A stretch of 64,000 nucleotides of DNA, taken from NCBI GenBank assembly GCA_964234715.1, contig OZ174282.1. The stretch is one strand, 5' to 3'. Below the pieces are notes generated by a model. It ran no database searches. It was not told where the DNA came from and was given only the letters and a program-made list of their open reading frames with translations. Both the position numbers and the translations under genes were made by a program. Numbering within the stretch: the stretch's first letter is position 1; each line of letters starts with the position of its first letter. Positions 13,009-26,128 of the stretch are shown piece after piece. This DNA comes from Podarcis melisellensis. Its lineage: Eukaryota.

Positions 13009-13257
13009 TTGTGAGTTGTGGGTAATGGATGCTTTCTAATGCTGCAAAGAAAAATAATGTGAGTAGAGGAACGTTGCAGTTATTATGCCATGAGATCTTG
13101 TGCAGCCTTACAGTAGTTTTTGAAATGTGGGACTGTCAACACCAGTCTGCTGCTGGAATTGTACCGCATTAGGGGTGCATTTTAAAATACCTCAGTGTGA
13201 AATAACATGCTTATAAAGTAGCTTTTGTGTTATAAGCATGCATAAGAAATACATACA

Positions 13258-13259
<2 letters not shown>

Positions 13260-13330
<71 letters not shown>

Positions 13331-13337
13331 TGTGTGT
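13260..13337. repeat. (CT)n(TG)n compound microsatellite
   Basis: Direct reading. Confidence 0.95.
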
Positions 13338-14956
13338 ATGGGGGACATGTTGACTGGAATTAAAAAGCAGAATGTGCTTTCAAACCATTCCCTGTGCAGA
13401 CTGTTAAGGAGTATAAATTAAGATCCAGAGGAGGGGGTATAGCTTATCCAGTGGAGTTGCCTATCGGTGTTCATGTGCAGAATTAGGTCCCATTTCACAT
13501 GAGTACAGATTGAAATGATACCAGTTTTTAGCCAGAGTCCAGTTGCTCACGACAGAGTCCCTGAGATAGCCTTTCAGCAGAGAACAAAGTGTTCATCCCT
13601 TGACGCATGTCCCAGAAACCTCAAAAAGAAAGAAAGGGGGTGGGGGACAAAATCCAGAATCCTTACTTGAGCACTACACTTTTCCATCTATTCCGCAGGG
13701 TGCTTCTATCACTCAAAACGTCCCTTCTGCCCATCAAATGCTCTCATCCTGCCCCGCCATTGTAAAACACCCCCAGAGTTCAAAAGGTCATAGCCTTTGC
13801 ATGCCCTCCCCTACCTGCTTTTATTACTTTCCGTTGCCTTCTCATGACTTGGCATTTCATTACCATAAGCAGCTCTTGCCGAGGTATCAGACAGGTCAGG
13901 GATGGGCACTGTGTGTTTTCTCTCTCTTTTACAACACTCTCTGGTGTCTTTCTCAAGATCCCTTTATTTCTTCAGCGGCTGGACAGAGAGTATAAATAAC
14001 TCCCGAACCTTTAACACGTTTGCTGGTTACTTAAGAGAGAGTGGCTTGTTTGCTTAAGTGCTTGACAACTAAGAAGATCCCCCCCCCCCCTTAAAAGAAA
14101 AGAAAGAGGGAGGTGCACATCTCCTGAAACCTATTGTTGTGGGATTTTAAAAGTCTCTTGTCTCTAATAAAACAAAGGGGAGTGAAGGAGGGCACCAAGG
14201 GAAGAAGGGATTTTGTCTCCTATCCAGCCAAAACCTTCCCAAAATGGGGTTCTTCACTATAATCTGCTTCTCTTTCAAATATAATAAGAACAGTACAGAA
14301 GCAACATTAAAGCAGATTTGATTTTAAAATGTAGGTCAAACTGCAGCAACTCAGTTTGGGTATGTGCATGTGTGTGCACATATTATTATTACGTATTTTT
14401 AAATCTGCATAAAGTTTAAGTATTGAAATGTATTTTTGGCCTGCTTCACATCATCAGTAGCCTGCTGGGTCCTAACAGAGCCGGCAAGTGCAGTGGGGAA
14501 GCTCTCAGCTTTGTTCAGAAGGGCAGTCACGATTAAAATGTTACCACAATGGTTATGAATTCTAAGAAAAACACATAGCCAGAATTTATTTTAAATGATC
14601 CATGGGGGTGCCCTGAAAGAGGTTATGGCACCATAATGACTGGTGCACTCTTTCTTTTGCTTAGGCTTTTGTGAATCAACTCCCACGTCGTCAGTGGGCT
14701 GTAGTACCTTGTGCTGCAACAAATTTGTTGTTTTTACAGGTGCTGCAAGAGCTCCCATTGTTATTGTCATTTCAAACTGAAATGACTGCACTTCTAGAAT
14801 TAAATGAGATTGAGATTTTATGCGTGTGTGAGAAAAAAGGAAAAGGGAGTCATGCCAGTTATGATTAAAAGTCAGGAGATTGACAAAAACAGAGAAAATG
14901 GCAGTATGATGCAAAACCATGTTTTTTTCTATACTATGTATTGAAACTATACTGTA

Positions 14957-15174
14957 CAGTGGTACCTCAGGTTACAGACGCTTCAGGTTACAGACTCTGC
15001 TAACCCAGAAATAGTACCTCAGGGTAAGAACTTTGCTGCAGGATGAGAACAGAAATCGCGCAGCAGCGGCAGCAGGAGGCCCCATTAGCTAAAGTGGTAC
15101 CTCAGGTTAAGAACAGTTTCAGGTTAAGAATAGACCTCCAGAACAAATTAAGTTCTTAACCAGAGGTACCACTG
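14957..15174 (-). mobile_element. Tc1/mariner (Tigger/pogo-like) MITE, copy 2, opposite orientation to copy 1
   Basis: TA|cagtggtacctc...gaggtaccactg|TA. Confidence 0.92.
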
Positions 15175-15633
15175 TACTTTGTATTTTTCGTATTTTATTA
15201 TTAGGCAGAGTTGGGGTTTCTTAATTGGTGGTTGTAAACTGCTTTGTGGAAAAAAATTCCTCAAAAAGCAGACCATGCAGTTTTTAGCAAATAAAATTTT
15301 TTGCTTATTCCAAACAAGTTTGACCAGTATATAAAATACATATTTATTTGTGTTTCATGATATGAGTTCTAGTCATGATCCAGAATTCATTGTTTGTGTG
15401 TTTGATGCGAGAGACTACTGAAAGGAAAAGTTTGAGCAGCCTTATGCTAATTCCCTAAACTGCTTTTTTAAATTCAAAGAGTTTATTTTTAAAAAACACA
15501 GTGTGTGTTTCAGGTGAACTGCTGAAAGGAAAATTCACAGAATAACTTTGGTGTGCAAGTAGATGCCATGCACACATGCGTATTGATCTTTGACTCCATT
15601 TAACTGAGTGCCAATAAGCAGGTAGGATTCTGT

Positions 15634-15765
15634 GGGTTGTGTCCAGTGTTACCCTTACTTAGAGTAGACCCACAAAAATTAATGGACCTAAGTAATGCCT
15701 GTTAATTTTAATGGATGGTTTTCAGTGGGTTTGCTCTGAGTAGAACTGATATTGTATATAGCCAC
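15634..15765. mobile_element. Short palindromic MITE
   Basis: gggttgtgtccagtgttacccttacttagagtagaccca ... tgggtttgctctgagtagaactgatattgtatatagcc inverted symmetry. Confidence 0.65.
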
Positions 15766-15810
15766 ATACCTATGGCATTTGTGCTGTTTTTGTTGTTAAA
15801 TCCTGGACAG

Positions 15811-15913
15811 TTTGCATAACTCAACATCTCTCTTTTCTTTTCTCTCCTCCTTTATCTCCATCTGGTCGTGGTGCCACCTGTCTCTTCCTGTGCTGAATGT
15901 TGTACAGGTAAGT
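15811..15913 (+). promoter_or_regulatory. Candidate recursive splice site (juxtaposed 3'ss/5'ss, CAG|GTAAGT at 15907/15908)
   Basis: No AG dinucleotide from 15811 to 15905, long polypyrimidine tract, branch-like cataac/ctcaac at its start, first AG followed directly by consensus donor GTAAGT. Confidence 0.55.
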
Positions 15914-16999
15914 AATGCCGTACTCCTTACTCAGTGTTTGCTGTGTTAATTTTGCTGTTACCTCTTTGATGAATGTGTCCCACTTTTTGACTTGGAATAA
16001 TGTATTTCAGCCTCTGAGTGACCTTTGGAGGATGTGCTTGAGCAGTTTTGCTAAGTGGTAGATGAGGATGGTGTGACATCTCAAGAGGGCCTAACTGGCA
16101 GCTTTGCCAGTACTGCTGCTTCCTTATGGATATGCGCTAAAAATCAAATGCTCACTAAGGCATCTGAATGCCACAGCAAAATAATATATTTTGCCCCTTG
16201 TTGTCACTTTGTTCTGGTTTCTTGTGAGCAAATCTTCAATATGCCTTGCTGCTTCTTTTTTAAATAGTAAAGGCAGTCAAGTATCTTTCAAATAGGCCAG
16301 TTGCATATTGTTCGAGTGCATGTGTGTTTGTAGTTGGGTTAGGTGCAGTTTGTTATGCAGTTTCCAAAACAATTCCCCCCCCCCACACACACACCTTTCC
16401 TCTGACCAAATATTTTTTTTAATGGTGTGGCACATTATAGCAGATATATACTCTTTGGCCGAAATATATATTGCTAGAGATAATTTAGTTTGGCCTCCCG
16501 TTCTAAATATTTGCACTGAGGCAACACCAGCATGACACCCTATTTTTGTGAAGCTGCCCCAAGATTATAACCAGCTGACCCTTGTGGGAAAACTTTCAGT
16601 GTTTGCAATGGTGTGAATGTTTAAAATACTGGTGGTAAGATTGTAATGATAGCACAAGCACCCTGCTATGCCTCTGACTGTGACTGTGACTGGCGAGACA
16701 GAATTGAGCATTTGGAGATCTATGAAACCAGGGTACACACTCAGCATACCTTACTGCTCCCTTTGCCCACTGAAAATGATAATTGAAATTTTACACCCAC
16801 CCACACATACAAAATTATTTATTGTAACCCACTCATGGTGCTTATGGTGTGACATACAAACGTAATAAGTAAATAGAATAAAATTGGGGAGGTGCACTAC
16901 ACATCATAAACATGATGGTTATGCAAAATACTGTACTCCGAAATCCATGTTAGGTGCCCATATACTCCTTTCCATAATACTGAATTACTTGTTCGGTCA

Positions 17000-17232
17000 G
17001 GAATGGGGAACCTGCAGCCCTACTAGTGCTGTTTCCCTTGTGTTGCATTTTAGGGGAGGGACATATCCATTTGTGCTCTGTGAAGCAGACGTGACGGGGA
17101 ACCTCTGGCCCTCTAGATATTGTTGAGGACTCCAAACTCCTATCAGCAGTATCCATCATTGTAAGTGGTCATGGATGATGGGTATTGTAGCTCAGAAACA
17201 ACTGGAGGAACACAGGCTCCCTGTTGCCTGTG
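17000..17232. mobile_element. Degenerate hAT-like MITE remnants (ccagatgttgttggact family)
   Basis: ggggaacctctggccctctagatattgttgaggactcc...gatgatgggtattgtagctcag...ctggagg. Confidence 0.5.
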
Positions 17233-18756
17233 TTGGAGCATAGGGACAAAATAACAGTGTTCACCACCACCAGAGAAATAGCATATATGAGCGGTTAAAT
17301 AGCCAACCCACATGAAGCTGTTTTTCACACCTGTCTCCTAGTATCAGATCTGGCACCTTTTGCATAAAATCTCACACCCTTTACACAGATTACTGTGTCC
17401 CTCAGGCTTTCAGAGTGACAGACTTTCCCGATGTCACTTGGGCAGTTAGATCCCCTTGTAAGCATTGTGACATTTTAGTTGGCTGTGTTGTCATCCCTTT
17501 GCTGCTTTTGGGGGTGCCCTGCATCAGATCCCAGCCATTATTATTTTAAAAAGTGTTATTTTCAGTGTTCCACTGTTCTTCTTGTGAGGAGATCAGAAGG
17601 GCTCAAACTATATTATTCAGTTTTCAAGTATTATTATATGAATGATGGGCATCAGTTTTATTATGCTTATTTCTGTATTGCGGACCTGTCAGAAGTTTTA
17701 ATTCAGGTCCACATTGCAGTGCAGCAACATCTGGAGGGCCACAGGTTACTCAACCGTAATCTTGGAAGGATCAAGATACATTCAAGTGATGGGAAACATC
17801 ACTCTGTCAGTCAGAGCAGATAATTCTGGACTAGATGAATGAATGAATCCTGTTATAAGGCCGTTTCTTATGGAAATCTTTGGACCAGAGCTGGATATTG
17901 TGGTTTGTCAACATCTGGCAGGTCTACACAGTGGCTGCAGATGTGGTTGAGGAGAACTAGCTATTTGTCAGTTTGGTAAAGGGATGGGAGAAGTGTATAA
18001 ACGATTAAATGAGATGAGGAGATTGCTTCCCAGCAAAGCCTGTTTTTGCTAATGAAGAAATAGCTGCTTATCAGTCAGAAGGAGGTCTTTGAAAGCTTGT
18101 TCAAGGGTTAAAGTTACAGGCTGGAGTGCTCTTTACAGTCCTCTTAAGCATAAGGACTCCTTTGGAATGTGTGAAAGAGGCAAGTGATGTTGAAGATAAG
18201 AATGAACTCTGAACTGCCTTACTATGCTGCAATCCAGTTTGTGCATTAATGTCCCACAACAGAAAGAGCAGAATAAATTTCCCACACACTTGCGCTCTTT
18301 TTTTAAAAAAAAAAAGTATGAGGAAATCGCTTGGTTATTAAGATCCTTGAGAATAAATGAATATTACACAGGCTTCTGAAGTGGAATAAAATAATTAAGT
18401 GGTGTTCTACAGTGGATAATAAATAATTAAGCCTGGCTCATGTTTTAACTGGAAGGTGTGTTCAGACTAATTTAGTCAAATGTGACTGTTTTGAATCGTT
18501 ATTTCATTTATTTACACCAGTGGAATGGTAGGTAGATAGCGAAAGCTCTTTATGCAAAGCATTTTGCATTGATGTAGCAAAATCTGTGCTAGTTATAAAG
18601 TATGTGCATTCTGACACCAAATTATCAGGGAACAGTTTCAGGGAACTGGAGACTCAGAAATGTGGTGGAAAAGAGCTGTGCACCAATTGGCACAGTGACA
18701 ATCACTCAATAGGGTGGGCACTTTTGTGGGAGGCAAAATCCCCATTGCAACTACAA

Positions 18757-19037
18757 CAGGGGTCAGTAAGGTTTATCTTGCTTGGGATGGATCAGTCCCG
18801 CGGAGATCCCTCCATGGGCCGGATCACGTGTGAGTGTGCGCGCCCGTGGTTTTTGGCATCTGTGCGTGCGCAGACGTGATTTCCAGCACCATGGAAGTGA
18901 TTTCCTGTACCTCGCTGCAGTGGTTTAGCGCAGCACAGCACATGAGCGGGCAACTCGATTCTGGGGCGGCTTGTGGGCCGGTCAAATGACCTCCGTGGAC
19001 TGCTTCCGGCCCATGGGCCTTAGGTTGCTGACCCCTG
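18757..19037. mobile_element. hAT non-autonomous element
   Basis: TIRs caggggtcagtaa / ttgctgacccctg; 8-bp TSD aactacaa / aactacag (7/8); CpG-rich interior with gggccgg motifs. Confidence 0.85.
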
Positions 19038-21272
19038 AACTACAGTGTGCGATCTGACAAGTATGGGAAGAGGTGTTTAGGCTGGGTTATGGGGGCAGGT
19101 CAACCTCATCTTCCTTGGATGGGCATTCACTAACAGATTCCCTACCCCTCCACCCATATACATGCCTGTATTCTGAAAGGTTGTTCAGGGTTTTATTAGC
19201 AAAACCAAGGGCCAGGGTAAGAAGCTAGGTAAGAGAAATTGTAAGTGGTGCCTGCTGTTCCCAAGTTTACGATGCTCCCAAAGCAGTCACCTAAGATACC
19301 GCTTGTGGAAAAGATCCATTTACCTACTGTGGACCCCTTTATTTCTCTCTTAGTGACCACCCACTTTTTGTGGGGAAGGGCCATGCAATTGTAAATGTCA
19401 GAGAGAAGCTTGCATGAACTTACCACTCACTTATTTGTACCACCAACCCTCCAAAATGTGCCTGCCACATGCTTACAAGTTGCACCCCCTAAAACATAGT
19501 TATGCTCTGTTGTCATGGTAACCAGTTTTTTTAAAATGCTCATCTTACTTTGGTTGGTAATGCAGTTCTGCTAGGGATATCAGGCACAATTAAAATAAAA
19601 TAAAATAAAGGCGAGTGCTTGGTTTTATTCCTCGACCCATTCAAATGTTTGAATAGCTTATGAATGGTCTGAATATTATGAGGTGTTTGAAGTGCAGGTT
19701 TTGTGTGTGCACGTAATACACATGTTGGGAAGGTAAGTGTGCAAATTCTACTTCCCAATTTATGTATTTTGTAATGAAGAACCCACCACCACACCACCCA
19801 CCCTCACCCTCTTGAGCCACACTTCAGACACTAAGTTGTGCACGTGATTTTCTGCAAAGATAATCTCAGAGGAGAAGTGGGAGGAAGTAATGTTTAAAAT
19901 GGAGCCAAAGTTTCTTTTCTATTGCAAGTTATTTAATTTAGCACCACAGCCTGCGATCTTGCAGCTCCCTTCTGATATAACCCTTTTTCTTCAAGGTGTC
20001 CTGGACAGTGACAGTGATCAAGGAAAGCTGTTCTTTTATTTCCGCACTTGCATCAATATGATGCCAACTCAAATAAGGATAGGGGGTGCAAATTGTTAAG
20101 CTACTGCTGCATGGAAGGTGATGACTTCTCCTAGTGTTGCAGCACCATATGTTTGGATGACCCTAGTGCACACATGTTCCCATTGTCCAGGGCCCACTGG
20201 TAAATTGCAGATAGTGGGATTCTAATTTAGCAAAACATGCAAATCTTTGAAAACGTGGTGAGGTTTTTAGGACTAAATTACTGCACTGAGTGCCAAGACC
20301 TCAGCACCACAAAGGGTCTTACATATAACATAGTTATGGAACCTGATTTCTGCTCCACGTTGTCAAGTCCTCGGGGACAGAGATGACAATCTGTGTTGGA
20401 ACCTCTGATAGGTCAAGGGAGGAGTTTGCCATAGAGGAGAGTTCTGTGGACCACTGCTTAGCTTGAACGGACCATTCCAACTCCCTGTTCCAGTACTCAT
20501 GGAGGTAGGATATCTGTCTGTGAATCACCAATACAAGTAGGCACTGTGACAGAACAATTAACATGCCACTGAGAATCCCCCCTCAAGTAAAATAGAGCAA
20601 AACAGAGCCCTTTTAATTTTAACGCCCCAGTAATATTGTTAATCTCTTATGCAGCATGTTAAAAACCCCTGGAATCATCATCCTTTCCAAGAAGAAGACC
20701 CCAGAACGCCTCTCCCTCTGTGTGTGTATCCAATTAGCAAACTGAGCCTGGCACCCAGAATCTTCTTCATTGACAATAGAGCAAGCACAGCTATCGAAGA
20801 AGTTTTATCACCCACTAGTGTATGCAGACCCATAAAAAATTGCAGTCCCTGAAACAGGGGCCAAGGCACAGTAGGCTTGGTTGGAGGGATTCAAGGAGGG
20901 GGCAAGGGTCACAGGTCAGGACCTTTCTACAGGATGAACAGAAGCGGCTTTGACTCGTTAGTGAAATGACCGTAATGGATGATGGGCTTAAAAACAAGGT
21001 CTCTTGGGAGGGTAGAGAAGGCAAGAAACATAGAATCCCAAAGTGCCAGTATTTTAAGAAACACCCCCCCTTTTTTTCTTTCTTTTTCCATAAATAAAGC
21101 TGATGTTCCAAGATTCACATGTATATGTGGTGTTGTGGACAGACAGAGTGTAGGGTTTGTAGTGTTCATGATTAACCACAAATAATTATTTTTTCCGCTT
21201 AAAATGACCCCAAGGCAGCTTTATAGAAAAAAAATAGGCTCAAGTCACTCTGTCAACCCCAGAACAAATTGA

Positions 21273-21362
21273 GGGCCATTTCACATGATCATCTTTGAAG
21301 TAGAAGCAGGGAGCATTTTCCTTTGGGTATTCACATGTTAAAACAGTCCTGTGAAATGACCC
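21273..21362. mobile_element. Possible short PIF/Harbinger-like MITE
   Basis: Inverted ends gggccatttcacatga / tcctgtgaaatgaccc (14/16); no clear TSD. Confidence 0.35.
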
Positions 21363-22162
21363 CTTGTGATAAAACTGCTAGCCTGGGGTGAGGGTGGAGA
21401 AAGGCTTGAGGGAAGGTTTTGTGTGTGTTTCTTTTTCTTTTAAATAATGTGTAATAACTTTTGTGTTATAAATACAGTTTTGCACTTTCTTTTTAGAATA
21501 AACTTTTACTTTCTCTGTGAATAAACAATATATTGTGCCGATCACCTCAATAAATGTTATTGAATCCACCCTGCTCTTTTCTGAGTTAGTTTGAAGAACA
21601 ATACATGCACATATTATAGGTTCCACAGAATCTCTGGTCTGCCACAGCCTAAGATGCAGGGAAAGAATGTTAGACAGGAATGGCAAAAAAAGTGTAAGAG
21701 GGTTGTGCGTTTTTTTCTAGCCGCTAATACTGGAAATCTTGTTGCTAGTCAGCTAAAATACCTAGACCACAGAGAGCTAGTCACATGTGAGTGTTTTATT
21801 ACCATAGAATTAGCTACCTTTTAAAAAAATTAAATAGGCACTGCACTCCTTCTCTCTTTTTAATTTGTTCAAAGCCATACAAGGCCTTTTCAGCTTACCC
21901 GCTGAGTGTACATTTTGCTGTGCGTACCACAGCTGCCTGGTCATAGAAGGGAACCTTGAGAAAGGAGACTGTGTAGAGCTCTTTTCAAGGTTGCTTAATG
22001 ATGTATTTCAAATACTAATGTGAAAAGGTGGTGGTGGGGAAAGTGAGAATGAACAGCACTTAGGATGGGCCACCCACCCCCATATGGTTGGGGAGAGGAG
22101 AATCGGTAAAAATTGAGGTTTCAAATGCCACCCACAGCTGAGTCTCTCTAACCCCGGAAGGA

Positions 22163-22310
22163 NNNNNNNNNNNNNNNNNNNNNNNNNNNNNNNNNNNNNN
22201 NNNNNNNNNNNNNNNNNNNNNNNNNNNNNNNNNNNNNNNNNNNNNNNNNNNNNNNNNNNNNNNNNNNNNNNNNNNNNNNNNNNNNNNNNNNNNNNNNNNN
22301 NNNNNNNNNN
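22163..22310. other. Assembly gap (148 N)
   Basis: Run of N. Confidence 1.
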
Positions 22311-23045
22311 TTTTTTGCCTGTAGCTGTTTCATTGTGGAGGAGGGAGGTAAAGTAGAAGTGAATTTAGAGAACCTGGTGATCATTCCTCTGCCCTTTCCC
22401 ATGAGAATGGTATTACAGTATAAGAAGCATTAGAGGAAGCGGGGGGGGGGGGGAGAGGGAGGGAGAATAAATATGAATGATAAGAGATGGGTTGAAAGTG
22501 TTGCCTGATGGGCAGCACCCTTTCAGGTTTCTATATCTCTCTGAGCTTGCATTAATTTTTAATCACTTCCTCCAGTTGGTATGTAACAATCATCTTTAAG
22601 TTGACTTTGTGCACTGGCTCCTGCATTTGCTGGGTTTTTGTTTTTTGCCTGCAAGCTGAGTAGGGCTGGGTCTCTAAAATTAAAATGGGATGAGACATGA
22701 CTTTAACATTTGGGTGAGATCCTGGCCTTGTGACACCAGTGTAAAAACAGATACCTTTGCTTGGCTGGTCTCTCCCCTACCCCCCTTCACAAAACACCAG
22801 CTCCAGCCTCCTTGTGCTTCTAGGATTAATTTTCACATCTGGGCTGCAGATGCAAAGGCGAGGATCCATTGTGGATAATTATGGAGTTGACGTCCTCTTC
22901 TCAAGCAGCTGCTGGCATTTTTATACATGGCGTGTCTGTTGCAGTTTAACCCGTAGGTTTAGGGGATTTGATTTGTACATCATCTCTCTAGTCACATAAA
23001 TATTTGGGAGGATGTGTAATGTACCTAGCCTCTGTTTTTGTTTTT

Positions 23046-24434
23046 TTTTTTTTTAATATTTTTATTAGTTTTTTACACATATTAGTGACAATACAAAACA
23101 AACACAAACATCAAAAACAAACAACAAAAATTGACTTCCCCATGCCTTCCCTTCGCCACATCCTTGTTTTACCATTTTTCGAGCAACTCATCAATCAGTC
23201 TTTAGTTAAGTCCCTTTTGAATTTCCTTAAGATTTAAGATTTACAGCTGTAGTTCTTTGTTTCCTACCCCTTAACATCTTATCAGTCCACAATTTTACAA
23301 TAATTTTTTAGATATGTTTTAAATTTCCCCCAGTCCTCTTCCACTGTCTCTTTCCTCTGGTCGCGGATTCTGCCAGTCATCTCTGCCAGTCCCATATATT
23401 CCATCACCTTCGATTGCCATTCTTCCAGAGTAGGTAATTCTTGCATCTTCCAATACTTTGCCAACAGGATTCTTGCTGCCGTGGTTGCATACATAAAGAA
23501 TGTCTTATCCTTCTTTGATACCAATTGGCCGACCATGCCCAAGAGAAAAGCCTCCGGTTTCTTTACAAATGTCCACTTAAGGACTTTCTTAATTTCATTA
23601 TAGATCATTTCCCAGTAGGCCTTAATCTTTGGGCAGGTCCACCAAAGATGGTAAAAGGTACCTTCAGCCTCATTACATTTCCAACATTTATTATTGGGCA
23701 GATGGTAAATCTTTGCAAGTTTGACTGGGGTCATGTACCACCTATAGATCATTTTCATTATATTCTCTTTCAGGGCATTACATGCCGTAAATTTAACACC
23801 GGTGGTCCATAACTGTTCCCAGTCGTCAAACATAATGTCATGACCAATATCCTGTGCCCATTTAATCATAGCTGATTTCACTGTTTCATCCTGTGTATTC
23901 CATTTCAGCAGCAAATTATACATTTTAGATAAGTTTTTAGTATTGGATTCTAACAATTCTGTTTCTAACTTTGACCTCTCCTTCTGAAAACCAAGTTTCC
24001 TGTCCTGCTTAAACATCTCATTTATCTGACGGTAATGTAACCAGTCTCGAACTTTATGCTTTAGCTTCTCAAAACTTTGTAGCTTCAATCTTTCGCCATC
24101 ATATTCTAAAATTTCACAGTACTTAGGCCAATTAGAGTCCATGTTAATTTTTTTCACTGCTTTCGCTTCCATTGGTGACAACCACCTAGGGGTTTTACTT
24201 TCCAATAAATCCTTATATCTATTCCAAACATTATACAATGCTTTCCTGACAATATGGTTCTTAAAACTTTTATACACCTTTACCTTGTCATACCACAAAT
24301 ATGCATGCCAACCAAAACTATTGTCATATCCTTCCAGATCAAGAATGTCTGTATCTTCAAGAAGTAGCCATTGCTTCAACCAGCAAAAGGCTGCTGATTC
24401 ATAGTAAAGTCTTAAGTCTGGCAGGGCAAAGCCC
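23046..24434 (-). mobile_element. L1-clade LINE, 5' truncated and young
   Basis: ORF2 C-terminus, 3'UTR, AATAAA and poly(A) (poly-T on +); 17-bp TSD cctctgtttttgttttt at 23029-23045 and 24435-24451. Confidence 0.93.
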
Positions 24435-24439
24435 CCTCT
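23282..24439 (-). pseudogene. L1 ORF2p C-terminal fragment (385 uninterrupted codons; post-RT GGxxLP motif and Cys-rich CWKC...HLWWTC region)
   Basis: RGGFALPDLRLYY...CWKCNEAEGTFYHLWWTCPKIKAYW in the ORF track; endonuclease and RT core are absent. Confidence 0.88.
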
Positions 24440-24454
24440 GTTTTTGTTTTTGAA

Positions 24455-24858
24455 CCATCTAGTCCAGCATGGATCAGGCCAAAAGCCCATGTAATCCAGC
24501 ATTCTGCTGTCACAGTGGCCAATCAGATTCCCCAATAGAAGCCTTCAAACAGGACCTGAGTGTGACATCGCTCTCCCTAATTGTGACTCTTAGCAACTGG
24601 CTTTCAGAGGCATACTGCATACATACATACATACATACATACATACATACATACATACAGTGGAGGTAGCACACACAATCTTGGCTAGTAGCCATTGATA
24701 GCCTAATTCCCTGTAAAATTGCCTAAAAGCCATTCAAGTTGGTGGCCATCACTACATTTTCTCGTAGCAAATTCCATGCTTTAATGATGCAGTGTGTGGA
24801 AGTACTTCCTCTTTTCTACCCTGAGTCTCCCACCATTCAGTTTAGCTGGATTTCCCCC
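24455..24858 (-). mobile_element. CR1 LINE 3' fragment containing an (ATAC)n expansion
   Basis: ccatctagtccagcat...tcacagtggccaatcaga...agcaactgg...caagttggtggccatcactaca...ttccatgctttaat; matches the reverse of 4566-4928. Confidence 0.8.
24619..24659. repeat. (ATAC)n microsatellite
   Basis: Direct reading, about 10 units. Confidence 0.95.
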
Positions 24859-24933
24859 ATTGTTTGTTAGCAGGGAGAAACAAAACAGCCCAGATTGGTT
24901 TGTTCACAGTAAACCATTAACTACGGTTTATAG

Positions 24934-25142
24934 CAGTGGTGTCCAAACTGTTTTCAAAGAGGGCCAGATTGGATGAAGTGAAGGGCCAAGAGGGCCAACC
25001 AAAGTTGTTGAGCTTTTGGGGGGGATTGAAGTTGTTGAGATCTTTTTAGGATTTTACCCCAGGAAATAAACTGCCACAGGGGCCGGATTAAAACGACCGG
25101 CAGGCCGGATTAGGCCCCCGAAATGGACTTTAGACATGCCTG
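24934..25142. mobile_element. hAT non-autonomous element
   Basis: Perfect 8-bp TSD gtttatag (24926-24933 and 25143-25150); imperfect TIRs cagtggtgtccaaa / tttagacatgcctg; ggccggatt subterminal motifs. Confidence 0.88.
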
Positions 25143-26029
25143 GTTTATAGTGATGTGGGAATTAGGCCACTGTCAAAACAAACTCCTTGCTGCCTTTAGA
25201 AATGTACAATGCAACTGTTATTGTGTTTAGACTGTCAGGTGTCCTGCAAGGTTGAATTTAGGATAGTTTTTATGATTCAGGGATGTTGGCTGGCAAATGT
25301 AGGGAAACCACTTGATCTGTCAGAATATCAAGGGCACCTTTGAAGAGTAAGGGCCCCTACAGACATCCCTTTTTATTGTGCATTCATAACGACTTGTTCT
25401 CATCATGATGGTATTGGTTTTATTAGACACGATCCCCATTTTGAATACTGTTTTGCATCTGCAGAAGTTTCAGGGCGGATGTACTTTGTATCCAATCACT
25501 TCACGTCCTGTAACTTGCTGCTGAAATCCTGTAACTTTTCAAACTGTGAATGTTCCAGGGTTTTTGTTGTTTGTTTCTGCCCTGCTGTACTGCAAAAGGG
25601 CCCTTCTGGGTGGCAGTAATGCTATGGCACGGGGGAGGGGGGGAAGCATTGCTGAACAACTAATAAAACATAATGAAAATCCATTGCTAATGCATATTTA
25701 TTGTGTCAGTGACATTTTGGAGAATAAGCCCCTCCCCCAAAAAATTCTAGAGGGACCCTAACAGATTTATTTGGGCAGTACTTTTTGTAGACTTGAGTCC
25801 TCTTCTAGCATCTGCTGAAGTGGACTCTAGTCTGTGAAAGCTTATGCCATAATAAATTTGTTGGTGCCCCACGGCTCTCTTGTTGCTGCAAGAGGCTCCT
25901 ATGACTATCCCTTTCCCAGATGGATGTGTGTTCACTGCTAGGAAATTATTTAATGACAGGTGGCAACACTCAGGCTACTTCCAGTGGCTATAGTAGTGAG
26001 TGAGTGTGAGAAGAGGGGCTGCAGAGTCA

Positions 26030-26128
26030 TATTCAGAGTAGTACTCATTGAAATTAATGGACACGACAAGCTTAGGCTCATTATTTTTAATTGATCTACT
26101 TTGAGTAGGACTTAGTTGTTTACAACCC
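26030..26128. mobile_element. Short palindromic MITE
   Basis: tcagagtagtactcattgaaattaatggacacgac...tctactttgagtaggacttagttgtttacaaccc. Confidence 0.6.

Noticed and set aside
22148-22402. 84-aa ORF
   Set aside because: Spans the N gap
24440-24535. N-terminal 32 aa of the 417-aa ORF as a genuine start
   Set aside because: Lies in the TSD and flanking CR1 3'UTR; chance read-through into the truncated L1 ORF2
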